From Clostridium sp. CAG:632 (lineage in GTDB: Bacteria > Bacillota > Clostridia > Lachnospirales > Lachnospiraceae), in contig HF991345.1 of assembly GCA_000431515.1 (NCBI GenBank), forward strand, positions 4,200 to 68,199: 64,000 nucleotides of DNA, read 5' to 3'. Numbering within the stretch: position 1 is the first letter of the stretch; the number at the start of each line of letters is the position of its first letter. Positions 55,496 to 64,000 of the stretch are shown one piece after another. The notes beneath the pieces were generated by a model. The model made no database searches. It saw only the letters and a program-made list of their open reading frames with translations, and had not been told where the DNA came from. A program made the translations under genes and the position numbers.

Positions 55496-55810
55496 ATGGA
55501 TATTCAGTTAAAACGCGGACTTCTTGAAGTATGTGTGTTAAGCGCCTTATTACAGGAAGATTCCTATGGATATAAGATCATTAAAGACTTACAGCCCTGT
55601 ATTGAGATATCGGAATCTACATTGTATCCCATATTACGGCGGCTGGAGGCAGCCGGAGCATTGAATGTATATTCCGCAGAGCACAATGGACGATTGCGGA
55701 AGTATTATCGGATCACAGATACGGGCCGGCAGAAGATTCAGGATTTTCTGGATGAGTGGAAAGATATTATGAGTGTGTATGAGTACATAGAAGGGAAGAT
55801 GAAAGCATGA
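55496..55810 (+). CDS. PadR-family transcriptional regulator
   Basis: Winged-HTH EVCVLSALLQEDSYGYKI...TLYPILRRLE signature. Confidence 0.85.
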   Translation: MDIQLKRGLLEVCVLSALLQEDSYGYKIIKDLQPCIEISESTLYPILRRLEAAGALNVYSAEHNGRLRKYYRITDTGRQKIQDFLDEWKDIMSVYEYIEGKMKA

Positions 55811-56403
55811 CCAAAGCAGAGTTTTTAAATGAATTAAAGAACCGGATTGCAGAATATCCTTCCGAAGAAACGAATCAGTCCGTAGAATATTATTCGGAGA
55901 TGATTGATGATCGTATGGAAGACGGAATGTCGGAGCCGGAAGCGGTTGCATCTATGGGAAAGGTGGCGGAGATTGCTCAGCAGATCAAAGAAGAACTGCC
56001 GTTGACTACGCTGGTTAAGTATAAGACGAAGGAGAAGACCAAAGGAAAGCGGCTTCCGGTATGGATCATTATTCTGCTGATTCTGGGTTTTCCTCTATGG
56101 GGCGGACTGGGAATCACGATCCTGAGTGTGATGCTGGCACTGTATGCCGTCGTTTGGAGCATTGATCTGGTAATCTGGTCACTGGTGCTTGCATTTGCAT
56201 GTTGCGGATTGATAGGAGTTGCAGGTTTTATCGGTTCACTGGTTCAGGGAGCGGTCGGATCTGCACTGGTTTATCTGGGAGGCGGCCTGGCGGGTGCCGG
56301 ACTTGGTGTTTTTTTGTTTATCGGTATTCTGCTGTTGACTAAGGGGCTGTGTCACGGAACCGGATGGTGCTTCCGACAGCTGAAGAAAGCAATTATCGGA
56401 TAG
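55807..56403 (+). CDS. DUF1700-type membrane protein (PadR-associated sensor/anti-regulator)
   Basis: N-terminal soluble helical domain and C-terminal Gly-rich TMs. ATGA overlap with padR. Confidence 0.55.
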   Translation: MTKAEFLNELKNRIAEYPSEETNQSVEYYSEMIDDRMEDGMSEPEAVASMGKVAEIAQQIKEELPLTTLVKYKTKEKTKGKRLPVWIIILLILGFPLWGGLGITILSVMLALYAVVWSIDLVIWSLVLAFACCGLIGVAGFIGSLVQGAVGSALVYLGGGLAGAGLGVFLFIGILLLTKGLCHGTGWCFRQLKKAIIG

Positions 56404-56416
56404 GAGGCATAAGGGT

Positions 56417-57436
56417 ATGAAGCGAATAGGAAAAGCATTAATTCTGGCAGGTGTGTTGCTCTTTCTGGGCATTATGATCTCGATGATCGGAATCGGATAC
56501 ATTATAGGGGACAGCAGTCACCGGAAAGATACGACAGGAACTGTTCAGAATACGGTAGAAACTGTGAAATATGAAACAAAAACATATATAGCAGATACAG
56601 AAGATGTTCAGAAGATCGTACTGGATCTGACGGAAGAGGATATTCAGATTGTACCGGCTGAGGATGAACACATTACGGTAGAATATATAGATCTGGTGGA
56701 TGATCCGCAATATGTGGTAAAGAGTGAGAATGGACTTTTAAGAGTAGAGCATAGAAATAGGGGAATTTCCGGGAAAATGATTATTATGCCGCCGGTATTG
56801 ACGAAGGATAGTTTCCGGTTTGGCAGGACCGATGAACAAAAGTACCGGTATGGTGATATTGTAGTCCGGGTTCCGGAGAGTTATACCGGTGGCTATAATC
56901 TGGGTTATACATCCGGCTCTGCGGATGTGGAGAATATCCGCGTTGTAGGTGGTCTGGAGTTTGACTTGACATCCGGTGATGTCAAGGTCAGTAATGTGAC
57001 CTGTGATCAGAGTCTTCGGGTAGATATGACATCTGGCGATGTTCAAATCTCAGCCTTATCGATAGATGGGGATTTGCATATAGGATCTACCAGTGGCGAT
57101 GTATCATTGGAAAATGTTGAAATTGGTGGAAATCTGAATCTGGATGCTACGTCCGGAGGATGTTATGCCAATCAGCTTACTGTGACAGGAACCGTAAGCA
57201 CGGATACTACATCCGGTGATATCAGTATGGAAGGATTGACCTTGGGAACTGCTATGAATATATCCGGTACATCTGGAGATGTCTATGTCTCACTGACGGA
57301 TGAAATGAAGGAATATAAGATTAAAGCAGATACATTATCCGGTAGTTGTAATCTGCCGGCAGATTATAGCGGTGGAGCAAAAAAGATTTCCGTAGATACC
57401 ACATCTGGTAACATTGATTTTAACTTTGCGGAATAA
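56417..57436 (+). CDS. DUF4097 beta-helix repeat protein (putative adhesin / LiaG-like)
   Basis: N-terminal TM and repeated TSGD(V/I) beta-solenoid repeats. Confidence 0.6.
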   Translation: MKRIGKALILAGVLLFLGIMISMIGIGYIIGDSSHRKDTTGTVQNTVETVKYETKTYIADTEDVQKIVLDLTEEDIQIVPAEDEHITVEYIDLVDDPQYVVKSENGLLRVEHRNRGISGKMIIMPPVLTKDSFRFGRTDEQKYRYGDIVVRVPESYTGGYNLGYTSGSADVENIRVVGGLEFDLTSGDVKVSNVTCDQSLRVDMTSGDVQISALSIDGDLHIGSTSGDVSLENVEIGGNLNLDATSGGCYANQLTVTGTVSTDTTSGDISMEGLTLGTAMNISGTSGDVYVSLTDEMKEYKIKADTLSGSCNLPADYSGGAKKISVDTTSGNIDFNFAE

Positions 57437-57507
57437 TAAGCGGGACAATCTTAGTTGTAATGAGGACAAGTACTCGTAAACAGAACAAAGAGATATAATC
57501 GAAATAA

Positions 57508-57538
57508 CAGCCCCTGCTTTTAGCGGGGGCTGTTTTCT
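57508..57538. terminator. Bidirectional terminator hairpin between convergent genes
   Basis: Stem CAGCCCC/GGGGCTG with a 10-nt loop, then TTTTCT. Confidence 0.5.
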
Positions 57539-57584
57539 GTCATATTATGCGGATACAATAAATATAAGAATCAAGAATAGATGA

Positions 57585-58073
57585 TTAAATAAAACTGACC
57601 GGTTTCCAGAAAGAGGTTCCGAGCTTAAAGGTTTCCTGAAGGGAACAGGCCTTATCTGCAACGCAGATAATCCATGCCTCTTTATACCTTGGCGGCTTCG
57701 GTGTCAGTGGAAACATATGCTTGCACACAATATCCTGCTCAATGCGATTCAGTTCAAAGTCGCGCATAGCATTTTCGCAGGCGATTCTCGGATGATGAAA
57801 TCCGTGCAGCTTTGCACGTACTTCTTTATTATGCCAGTCATACAGATAATAATCATGTAACAGGGCTCCGCGAACCAGAGACCGCATATCAACATCCAGA
57901 TTAAATTTGGAAGCAATAATAATGCTTCGGTAAGCAACGGATATACAATGCTGATACAGTGTGGTAGTGCCATGCTGTATAAAATCCTTATTTTCTGTAA
58001 AACGCGAGTGTTTTAAATTCCGAATCTCCTCGTGAAGGATCCGGATACCATCTTCTAATTTTTGACGATTCAT
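57585..58073 (-). CDS. HD-domain phosphohydrolase
   Basis: H...HD motif (ALLHDYYLYDWH). Confidence 0.55.
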   Translation of the reverse strand: MNRQKLEDGIRILHEEIRNLKHSRFTENKDFIQHGTTTLYQHCISVAYRSIIIASKFNLDVDMRSLVRGALLHDYYLYDWHNKEVRAKLHGFHHPRIACENAMRDFELNRIEQDIVCKHMFPLTPKPPRYKEAWIICVADKACSLQETFKLGTSFWKPVSFI

Positions 58074-58216
58074 TCTTACACCTCATATACTATAGTTACA
58101 TACATCTAACCATTTATTAGCATACTCAATTTTTGCAAAAACTGCAATAGGAAATTATGATGATTTTTCTGTCTTTTTTCTGTCTGATTGAAAGTTTTCA
58201 GATGAAAGGGAGAGGG

Positions 58217-58636
58217 GAGTCCCGCGATACAGGTGGTAACTGGGGGGCGACTACTGTCCCGCAATACAGGCAGCAGTGCAGGACGCGCTCTCGCTCAAAT
58301 CGGAACATAGCGGCACATAAGATGCCAAAGGACGGCATCTAAGTGCCAATGTTCCTACATGGTCCTGCCACTTGCTCCTGTATCTTGGGACTGAGCCGGC
58401 ATGTACAGTTTTAGTATCTGGCATGTGCGGGACTGGCGAGGCATGCGCAGCTGACAGCGTTCGGAGCGAATGATGATTCTATGAAGGGGCGTTTGCACCC
58501 GCCGGTACTTAATGAGTGCAGAGCACGAATTTAGTATCCGCTGCGTGGGGCAATTTAGTGGGAACGGTCCCGGAATAGAACCATCATCGCGGAGAAAGCG
58601 TCAGCCGTATGCGCCTACCGTCCCGCAATGCAGGCT
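58217..58636. repeat. Three dispersed copies of a 15-21-bp motif (CTACyGTCCCGCrATrCAGGC) inside a GC-rich 640-bp non-coding region
   Basis: Copies at 58219-58233, 58251-58271 and 58616-58636. Confidence 0.5.
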
Positions 58637-58711
58637 AGCAGTTGATTTTCCCAATTTAATACTATATGATAGAGGAAATAAAAGGAATTCAGGGGAAAAG
58701 AGGGCGTACAA

Positions 58712-61204
58712 ATGGAAAATCAGACAGAGGTAAGGCCGGTGGTCAGTGGCTCCGTCATGAAATTACTGGAGTATCTGCTATATGTTACCTGCACCGGATT
58801 TCATGTATTATATGCACATGATCAGGTGCCGGAAGTTGAAGATCGGTGCCTGATCTGGATGCTTGCCTGCGGAGCAGTGATGATTGCAGTTATGCTGATC
58901 ATGAAGAATGATGTATGGCAGCAGATTATTATTATTACACTGGCAACAACAACAACGTTTGTTGTGGGATATTGGGTACATACAATGGAGTTTGGACTTA
59001 CGGTTTATCTGGTTATGGGCATTATGGTGGCATGGCTGCAGAAACCGGTTCTGAACATTATCAGTTCAATAGAAGGCTTGCTGGCAATGATACTGGCTTA
59101 TGTATGTTTCAAAGATGTTATTTTGGAGAAGGTTTCCGGACTGTTTTATCTTACGATGACGATTATCGGTGCATTTGCAATGGCATCCATCTGTTATATG
59201 GTGATCCGTTACCGGAAGCAGGTTGCATTTATTGAGGAACAGAAACAATCACTGATACAGGCACAGAAAAGTAAGGATATGTTCTTTGCCAATATGTCAC
59301 ATGAAATACGGACACCGATGAATGCAGTTGTCGGTATGTGTGAGCTGATATTGCGGGAACCGAATCTTTCAGATACTGTTCGTGAGAATGCGGTAGGAAT
59401 CCGAAATTCCGGAAAAAATCTGTTGGCAATCATTAATGACATCCTGGATTTTTCAAAAATAGAATCAGGAAAGCTTTATTATGCACAGGAACCGTATAAT
59501 CTCTCATCGGTGATTAACGATGTAGTGGCAATGGCAATGGTCCGAAAAGGAAAAAAACCGATTGAAGTTCTGGTGGATTGTGATTCAAATATGCCGGCGG
59601 TTCTGATCGGGGACGAGATGCGGATTCGACAGATCATTACGAATCTGATGGGAAATGCCGTGAAATTTACGGAGGAAGGACGGATAAAACTGACATTGCG
59701 TTCGGAAAAATCCGGTACCGGGGTTCTTTTGCGAGTGGTGGTTTCAGATACCGGAATCGGAATTCGGGAAGAAGATCTGAAACTTTTGTTTGAAGCATTT
59801 ATGCGGCTGGATGCTAAAAAGAACTCTTCTGTAGAGGGAACCGGCCTTGGACTTGCTATTACGAAACGCCTGGTGGAAGGCATGCATGGAGAACTGACGA
59901 TTACCAGTAAATACGGAGAAGGCTCTGAGTTTGGTTTTTTTATTCCTCAGGGAGTTGCGGATAGAAAGCCGATTGTGCATCTGAGACAACCGAAAAAAGA
60001 ATATCATATATTACTGATACCGGATTTTGAAAGGATTTCCAATGAATCCGTCCGACAGGAATATGGGGAATTCCTGGAGCGTCTGATCGCACAACTGGGT
60101 ATTCGTGGGTATATGGTCACGGATGAGAAAACGAGGCAGCAGCAGATTGTCTCAATTCTGGAGCAGGATCCGGAGGCGGATTATACCCATATATTTATTT
60201 CCGGATATGAATATCAGGCAAATGAACAGTTATATGACCGCTTGGCGGAAGAAATACAGATATGTGTGGTGATTGAACGGGATACCGTATTTCATGGCGG
60301 GAAAAACATCCGGATCATCTATAAACCGATGTATCTGTTAACCATGGCAGCAATCTTAAACGGCGAGAGTGTTACCGGTCTGTCTAAAAAACGGGAACAG
60401 GAGCGTATTCGTTTTATCGCACCGGCTTGTAAGGTTCTGGCGGTAGATGATAATATGGTTAATCTTCAGGTGATCAAGGGATTGTTAAAAACTTACCGGA
60501 TAGAAGTTGATACAGTGGAGAGTGCCGGAGAAGCATTGGCTGAGATGAGAAACGGAAAGTACGATCTGGTTCTGATGGATCATATGATGCCGGTTATGGA
60601 TGGTATGGAAGCGGTGGAGAAAATCCGTGCTGATAAGGAACATTACGATCAGAATATTCCGATCATAGCATTAACTGCGAATGCCGTGAACGGAGCGAAA
60701 AACATGTTTCTGAAGAACGGATTCCAGGACTTTATTGCAAAGCCGATTGAGATTGCAGCTCTGGAGCATGTGTTATTAAGCTGGCTGCCGAAGGATAAAG
60801 TAGAATTACAGGAAGGACAGATGAACGCAGTCCGCATGAAACCGGAAGATGAGGATGACTCTATATATCATTTTGAAACAATTGATGAAAAAGTAGGTTT
60901 GTCTTATTTCGCAAATCAACGGGCGGATTATGAGGATATCCTCAGGATTTTTTATGAAGGCGGAAAGAAAAAACAGATAGAACTTCGGGATGCATATGAG
61001 ACCGGAAATATGCAGGCATATATGATTCAGGTACATTCCTTAAAGAGTACTGCTCTGAACATAGGAGCTGTCCGGCTGTCGGAGATGGCAAAGAATCAGG
61101 AAGTGGCAGCCAGGTCATCCAGGCTGGAGGAGGTTATACAAAATCACGACAGTATGATGGAAGAGTATCGGCTGGTATTACAGGACATTGAAAAAGTGCT
61201 GTAG
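58712..61204 (+). CDS. Hybrid sensor histidine kinase (multi-TM sensor, HisKA, HATPase_c, linker domain, REC, HPt)
   Basis: H-box ANMSHEIRTPMNAVVGM. REC domain (VLAVDDNMVNL...MDHMMPVMDG). HPt (HSLKSTALNIGA). Confidence 0.85.
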   Translation: MENQTEVRPVVSGSVMKLLEYLLYVTCTGFHVLYAHDQVPEVEDRCLIWMLACGAVMIAVMLIMKNDVWQQIIIITLATTTTFVVGYWVHTMEFGLTVYLVMGIMVAWLQKPVLNIISSIEGLLAMILAYVCFKDVILEKVSGLFYLTMTIIGAFAMASICYMVIRYRKQVAFIEEQKQSLIQAQKSKDMFFANMSHEIRTPMNAVVGMCELILREPNLSDTVRENAVGIRNSGKNLLAIINDILDFSKIESGKLYYAQEPYNLSSVINDVVAMAMVRKGKKPIEVLVDCDSNMPAVLIGDEMRIRQIITNLMGNAVKFTEEGRIKLTLRSEKSGTGVLLRVVVSDTGIGIREEDLKLLFEAFMRLDAKKNSSVEGTGLGLAITKRLVEGMHGELTITSKYGEGSEFGFFIPQGVADRKPIVHLRQPKKEYHILLIPDFERISNESVRQEYGEFLERLIAQLGIRGYMVTDEKTRQQQIVSILEQDPEADYTHIFISGYEYQANEQLYDRLAEEIQICVVIERDTVFHGGKNIRIIYKPMYLLTMAAILNGESVTGLSKKREQERIRFIAPACKVLAVDDNMVNLQVIKGLLKTYRIEVDTVESAGEALAEMRNGKYDLVLMDHMMPVMDGMEAVEKIRADKEHYDQNIPIIALTANAVNGAKNMFLKNGFQDFIAKPIEIAALEHVLLSWLPKDKVELQEGQMNAVRMKPEDEDDSIYHFETIDEKVGLSYFANQRADYEDILRIFYEGGKKKQIELRDAYETGNMQAYMIQVHSLKSTALNIGAVRLSEMAKNQEVAARSSRLEEVIQNHDSMMEEYRLVLQDIEKVL

Positions 61205-61287
61205 ATAAATATTATGTATTCTCCTGACCGGATATTGCTTTATCCGGACAGGAGAGTCAATTGTATGATGCATATAATTTTAAAAGA

Positions 61288-61893
61288 TTATTTTTGATTC
61301 AGGCAAGGTGCAGAGGTATCGAAGTCAGGATTGAATGCATAGAAGTTCTTAGAATCCAGATCATCCTGGACAATCCGCAGACTTTCTCCGAATCGCTGGA
61401 AATGCACTACCTCTCTGGCACGAAGAAACTTTAAGACTTCGTATACATCCGGAGAGTCTTTACACAGGCGGAGCAGATTATCATAGGTAGTTCTTGCCTT
61501 TTGCTCGGCAGCCATATCCTCATGCAGATCAGTAATTGGATCTCCCTTTACTGCGAATTCACAGGCGTTAAACGGAACGCCGCCGGCCGCCTGTGGCCAG
61601 ATGCCAAGCGTATGGTCGGTATAATATTTATCAAAGCCTGATTTTTCTATCTCATCTATGGAAAGTCTTCTGGTAAGCTGATAGACAATGGCACAGACCA
61701 TTTCGCCATGACCCAGTTCCTCCGTTGCAATATCCGTAAGAACACCGGCTACACGATTATTCTTCATAGAGTATCGCTGTGACAGATAGCGCATGGCGGC
61801 CCCGGATTCACCATCCGGACCGCCCGATGGCAGATATAATTTCCAGAGAATTTTGATCGGCAGAGGTCGCAGATCTGTGATATCGAAAAGCAA
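61288..61893 (-). CDS. Manganese catalase-family protein (spore-coat CotJC-like)
   Basis: GGPDGESGAAMRYLSQRY...TDIATEELGHGEMV matches the di-Mn catalase/CotJC ferritin-like core. Confidence 0.75.
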   Translation of the reverse strand: MLFDITDLRPLPIKILWKLYLPSGGPDGESGAAMRYLSQRYSMKNNRVAGVLTDIATEELGHGEMVCAIVYQLTRRLSIDEIEKSGFDKYYTDHTLGIWPQAAGGVPFNACEFAVKGDPITDLHEDMAAEQKARTTYDNLLRLCKDSPDVYEVLKFLRAREVVHFQRFGESLRIVQDDLDSKNFYAFNPDFDTSAPCLNQK

Positions 61894-63067
61894 TTCCGCA
61901 TTCGGTCAGAATCCTGTTTTTTTGCCCGGCAGACAGACCGGGAGCAGAAAGGGCGGCCAGACAGACGGGCGGCAATGGTGAGTCCGGACGATTCAGAGCC
62001 TGCATGACCATGGATTCCAAATTATGGCGGCTAATGTAGTGTGAGCAATGGCAGGAACCATGATTATAACCGGAACACTGAAATGCGGTTCCTTTATGAA
62101 TCTGGATCAGAGGACAGTGGCAGGTGCCACAGTAGATCAGTCCTTTCAGGTAATATGGAGAGACCGCTTCCGATAGGAAATCCGAAGTGCCGGTGTCTGC
62201 GGCGTGTTCCTTCTGCCAGCGGTCCTGTACCTGTTTCCAGAGAGAATCAGAAATCAGTGCCGGATGTATACCATCTGCATAATCCATGGGAGTGTAGAGA
62301 TAATTACGGTCATGGATTACCGGTACGGTGGGAAAAGCAGAAGAATCCCGACAGCTGCGTTTCCGTAGTTTTCCGATATAGACCGGGTTCAACAGAATGT
62401 AGGTGATGGAGCGCGGGGTAAAAGGCTTGTTGCGGACAGTGCGGACTCCGGCATGTTGGAGGGCATCCATGATTTCTTTTATGGAAGAACCGGAAGCATA
62501 AGCCCGGAACATAAAGGAAACCCAGGGAGCCTGTTCCGGGTGAGGCTCGAAGGAACACGCTCCCATCCGGTAGCCGAACGGAGGTGTAGAGATGGCACGT
62601 CCTCTGGAAAAACGCTCCTGCATTCCACGACGTACCTCCTGCGCCAGATTGATCGAATAATATTCATCCATAGCTTCTAAAAGTGCTTCGATTAAAATCG
62701 CAGTCGGATCGTGAGAAAGCGGTTCGGTAACGGATATTACTTCAATCCCGCATTCTTTCCGCAGTATCGATTTATAGAAAATGCTGTCCTGCCGGCTGCG
62801 GGCAAATCTTGAAAACTTCCAGACGAGGATATTCTGAAAAGGCGGCTGATAGCGGCCGGCTCTGGCGAGCGCGATCATTTGCTGAAAGGCGGGACGCCTA
62901 TCGGCGGTTCTTCCGCTGATCCCTTCATCTACAAAAACATAAGCATCGGGAATCTGCATATCATGAGCTGTGGCATATTCCTCAATTCGCTTTCGCTGAC
63001 TGGCGGGGGAGAATTCAATCTGATCTTCTGTAGAGACCCGGATATATGCAGCTGAGACAACGGACAT
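61808..63067 (-). mobile_element. Large serine recombinase (resolvase-type catalytic domain, recombinase domain and Zn-ribbon), short form
   Basis: YIRVSTEDQ catalytic Ser motif and a Cys-rich zinc ribbon (CGTCHCPL...CSGYNHGSCHCSHY). Only 419 aa. Its 3' end overlaps the cotJC-like start by 86 bp. Confidence 0.75.
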
Positions 63068-63144
63068 AAAGATAACCTCTAAAAGAGAAGAATCACTATA
63101 ACTTATGAATAGAAAAGACAGTTTATGTATTTTTTATTTTTCTA

Positions 63145-63172
63145 TTGACGTTTGATTCAAACTATGTATAAT
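63145..63172 (+). promoter_or_regulatory. Sigma-A promoter for the XRE-cupin regulator gene
   Basis: TTGACG, a 16-nt spacer, then TATAAT preceded by TG. Confidence 0.55.
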
Positions 63173-63256
63173 TGAGTAGGTGGTTTAGCAAAACTAAACT
63201 TCAAGTTTAGAATTAAGTAACTGCCGGAGAGACGGCAGATAAAGTCAGGTGCAGAA

Positions 63257-63790
63257 ATGAATATAGGGAAAAAGATTAAAGTATTACGGGTACAGAAAGG
63301 ACTTACACAGGAAGAACTGGCTGACCGGGCAGAGCTGTCCAAGGGATTTATTTCTCAGGTCGAGCGGGATCTGACGTCGCCGTCCATTGCGACGCTGATG
63401 GATATCCTACAATGTCTGGGTACGGATCTTAAAACATTTTTCAGTGATTCCGAGGATACACAGGTGGTATTTCATAAGGGCGATTTCTTTGAAAAAACAG
63501 ATGCGGAGCTTAAAAACCGCATTGAGTGGATCATACCCAATGCCCAGAAAAACATGATGGAGCCGATTCTGGTCACGATAGAACCGGGTGGCTCTACCTA
63601 TCCGGACAATCCGCATGAGGGTGAGGAGTTTGGTTATGTATTGACCGGCAGTATTGAGATTCATCTGGGGGGACAGGTGCATAAGGCAAAAAAGCGGGAA
63701 TCTTTTTATTTTACACCGGCACAGAAGCATTATATAACATCGAAAAACGGTGCGGAAATACTCTGGGTTAGTACACCGCCCAGCTTTTAG
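63257..63790 (+). CDS. XRE-family HTH regulator with a C-terminal cupin domain
   Basis: IKVLRVQKGLTQEELADRAELSKGFISQVER HTH motif. C-terminal cupin (GEEFGYVLTGSIEIHLGG). Confidence 0.8.
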   Translation: MNIGKKIKVLRVQKGLTQEELADRAELSKGFISQVERDLTSPSIATLMDILQCLGTDLKTFFSDSEDTQVVFHKGDFFEKTDAELKNRIEWIIPNAQKNMMEPILVTIEPGGSTYPDNPHEGEEFGYVLTGSIEIHLGGQVHKAKKRESFYFTPAQKHYITSKNGAEILWVSTPPSF

Positions 63791-63856
63791 AGCAGGCTTT
63801 TAGGATAGATTTTGAATAGAACAATCACAGCAGAGTCATCTCACAGGAGGAAGAAA

Positions 63857-64000
63857 ATGAGTAATGTATTGATTGAGTTAAAAGGATTGACAAAGAATTT
63901 TGAGGACCAGCAGGTGTTAAAGGGTATTGATTTAAATATTTACGAGAATGAGTTCCTGACTTTGCTTGGACCTTCCGGCTGCGGAAAGACGACCACGCTG
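63857..64000 (+). CDS. ABC transporter ATP-binding protein (PotA-like), 3' end outside the window
   Basis: Walker [21 protein letters not shown] 5 nt upstream. Confidence 0.7.
   Translation, partial: MSNVLIELKGLTKNFEDQQVLKGIDLNIYENEFLTLLGPSGCGKTTTL

Noticed and set aside
61221-61256. Perfect hairpin CTCCTGaCCGGA...TCCGGaCAGGAG between the kinase gene and cotJC, considered as a terminator
   Set aside because: There is no flanking U-run on either strand, so I do not call it an intrinsic terminator.
61808-61893. cotJC-like gene suspected to be 5'-truncated by the recombinase
   Set aside because: The first roughly 30 residues still align loosely with CotJC N-termini (LRPLPIKI / LQYPVKV and LYLPSGGPDGE / LIEQYGGADGE). 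The gene is probably intact with a divergent N-terminus.

Overview
A 64 kb chromosomal segment from a low-GC, spore-forming Firmicute (Clostridia/Lachnospiraceae-like), inferred from AGGAGG-type ribosome binding sites, T-box and B12 riboswitches, and SpoIID and CotJC-like genes. Genes are densely packed and mostly on the + strand. Housekeeping genes (ileS behind a T-box leader, glgP, metY, ddl, mscL, tRNA-Gly) are mixed with several accessory islands:
(1) A standalone LanC-like gene. It shares a leader motif with a downstream operon encoding a GldA-like dehydrogenase, a HisC-like aminotransferase and an amino-acid ABC transporter.
(2) A cell-wall remodelling trio: SpoIID, an L,D-transpeptidase and a degenerate-M23 protein.
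(3) A six-gene minus-strand operon that looks like a Gram-positive exosortase (XrtG-type) system. It encodes two PTPS/QueD-like T-fold proteins, a Ser/Thr-rich secreted protein with a C-terminal TM-plus-basic tail, a small exosortase-like membrane protein, a processive GT2 with a QRQRW motif, and a YfhO/GT-C-like large membrane protein.
(4) One 897-aa ORF that fuses a Tet(M)/EF-G-like translational GTPase to a Rae1/YacP-type NYN ribonuclease domain.
(5) A ddl plus VanT-like membrane racemase pair with no vanRS or vanXY nearby.
(6) A locus behind a cobalamin riboswitch that encodes transcobalamin-like (DUF4430 plus alpha/alpha-barrel) surface proteins and an ECF transporter whose A-A' ATPases are fused to a membrane domain.
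(7) A metal-resistance cluster (CDF exporter, ArsR/CadC regulator, HMA chaperone) whose CadA-type P1B ATPase is broken by a 23-bp insertion.
(8) A PadR-DUF1700-DUF4097 module, two hybrid histidine kinases, a GC-rich 640-bp repeat-bearing intergenic region, and a serine recombinase overlapping the 5' end of a cotJC-like Mn-catalase gene.
The NYN fusion and the exosortase-like operon are the most novel candidates.
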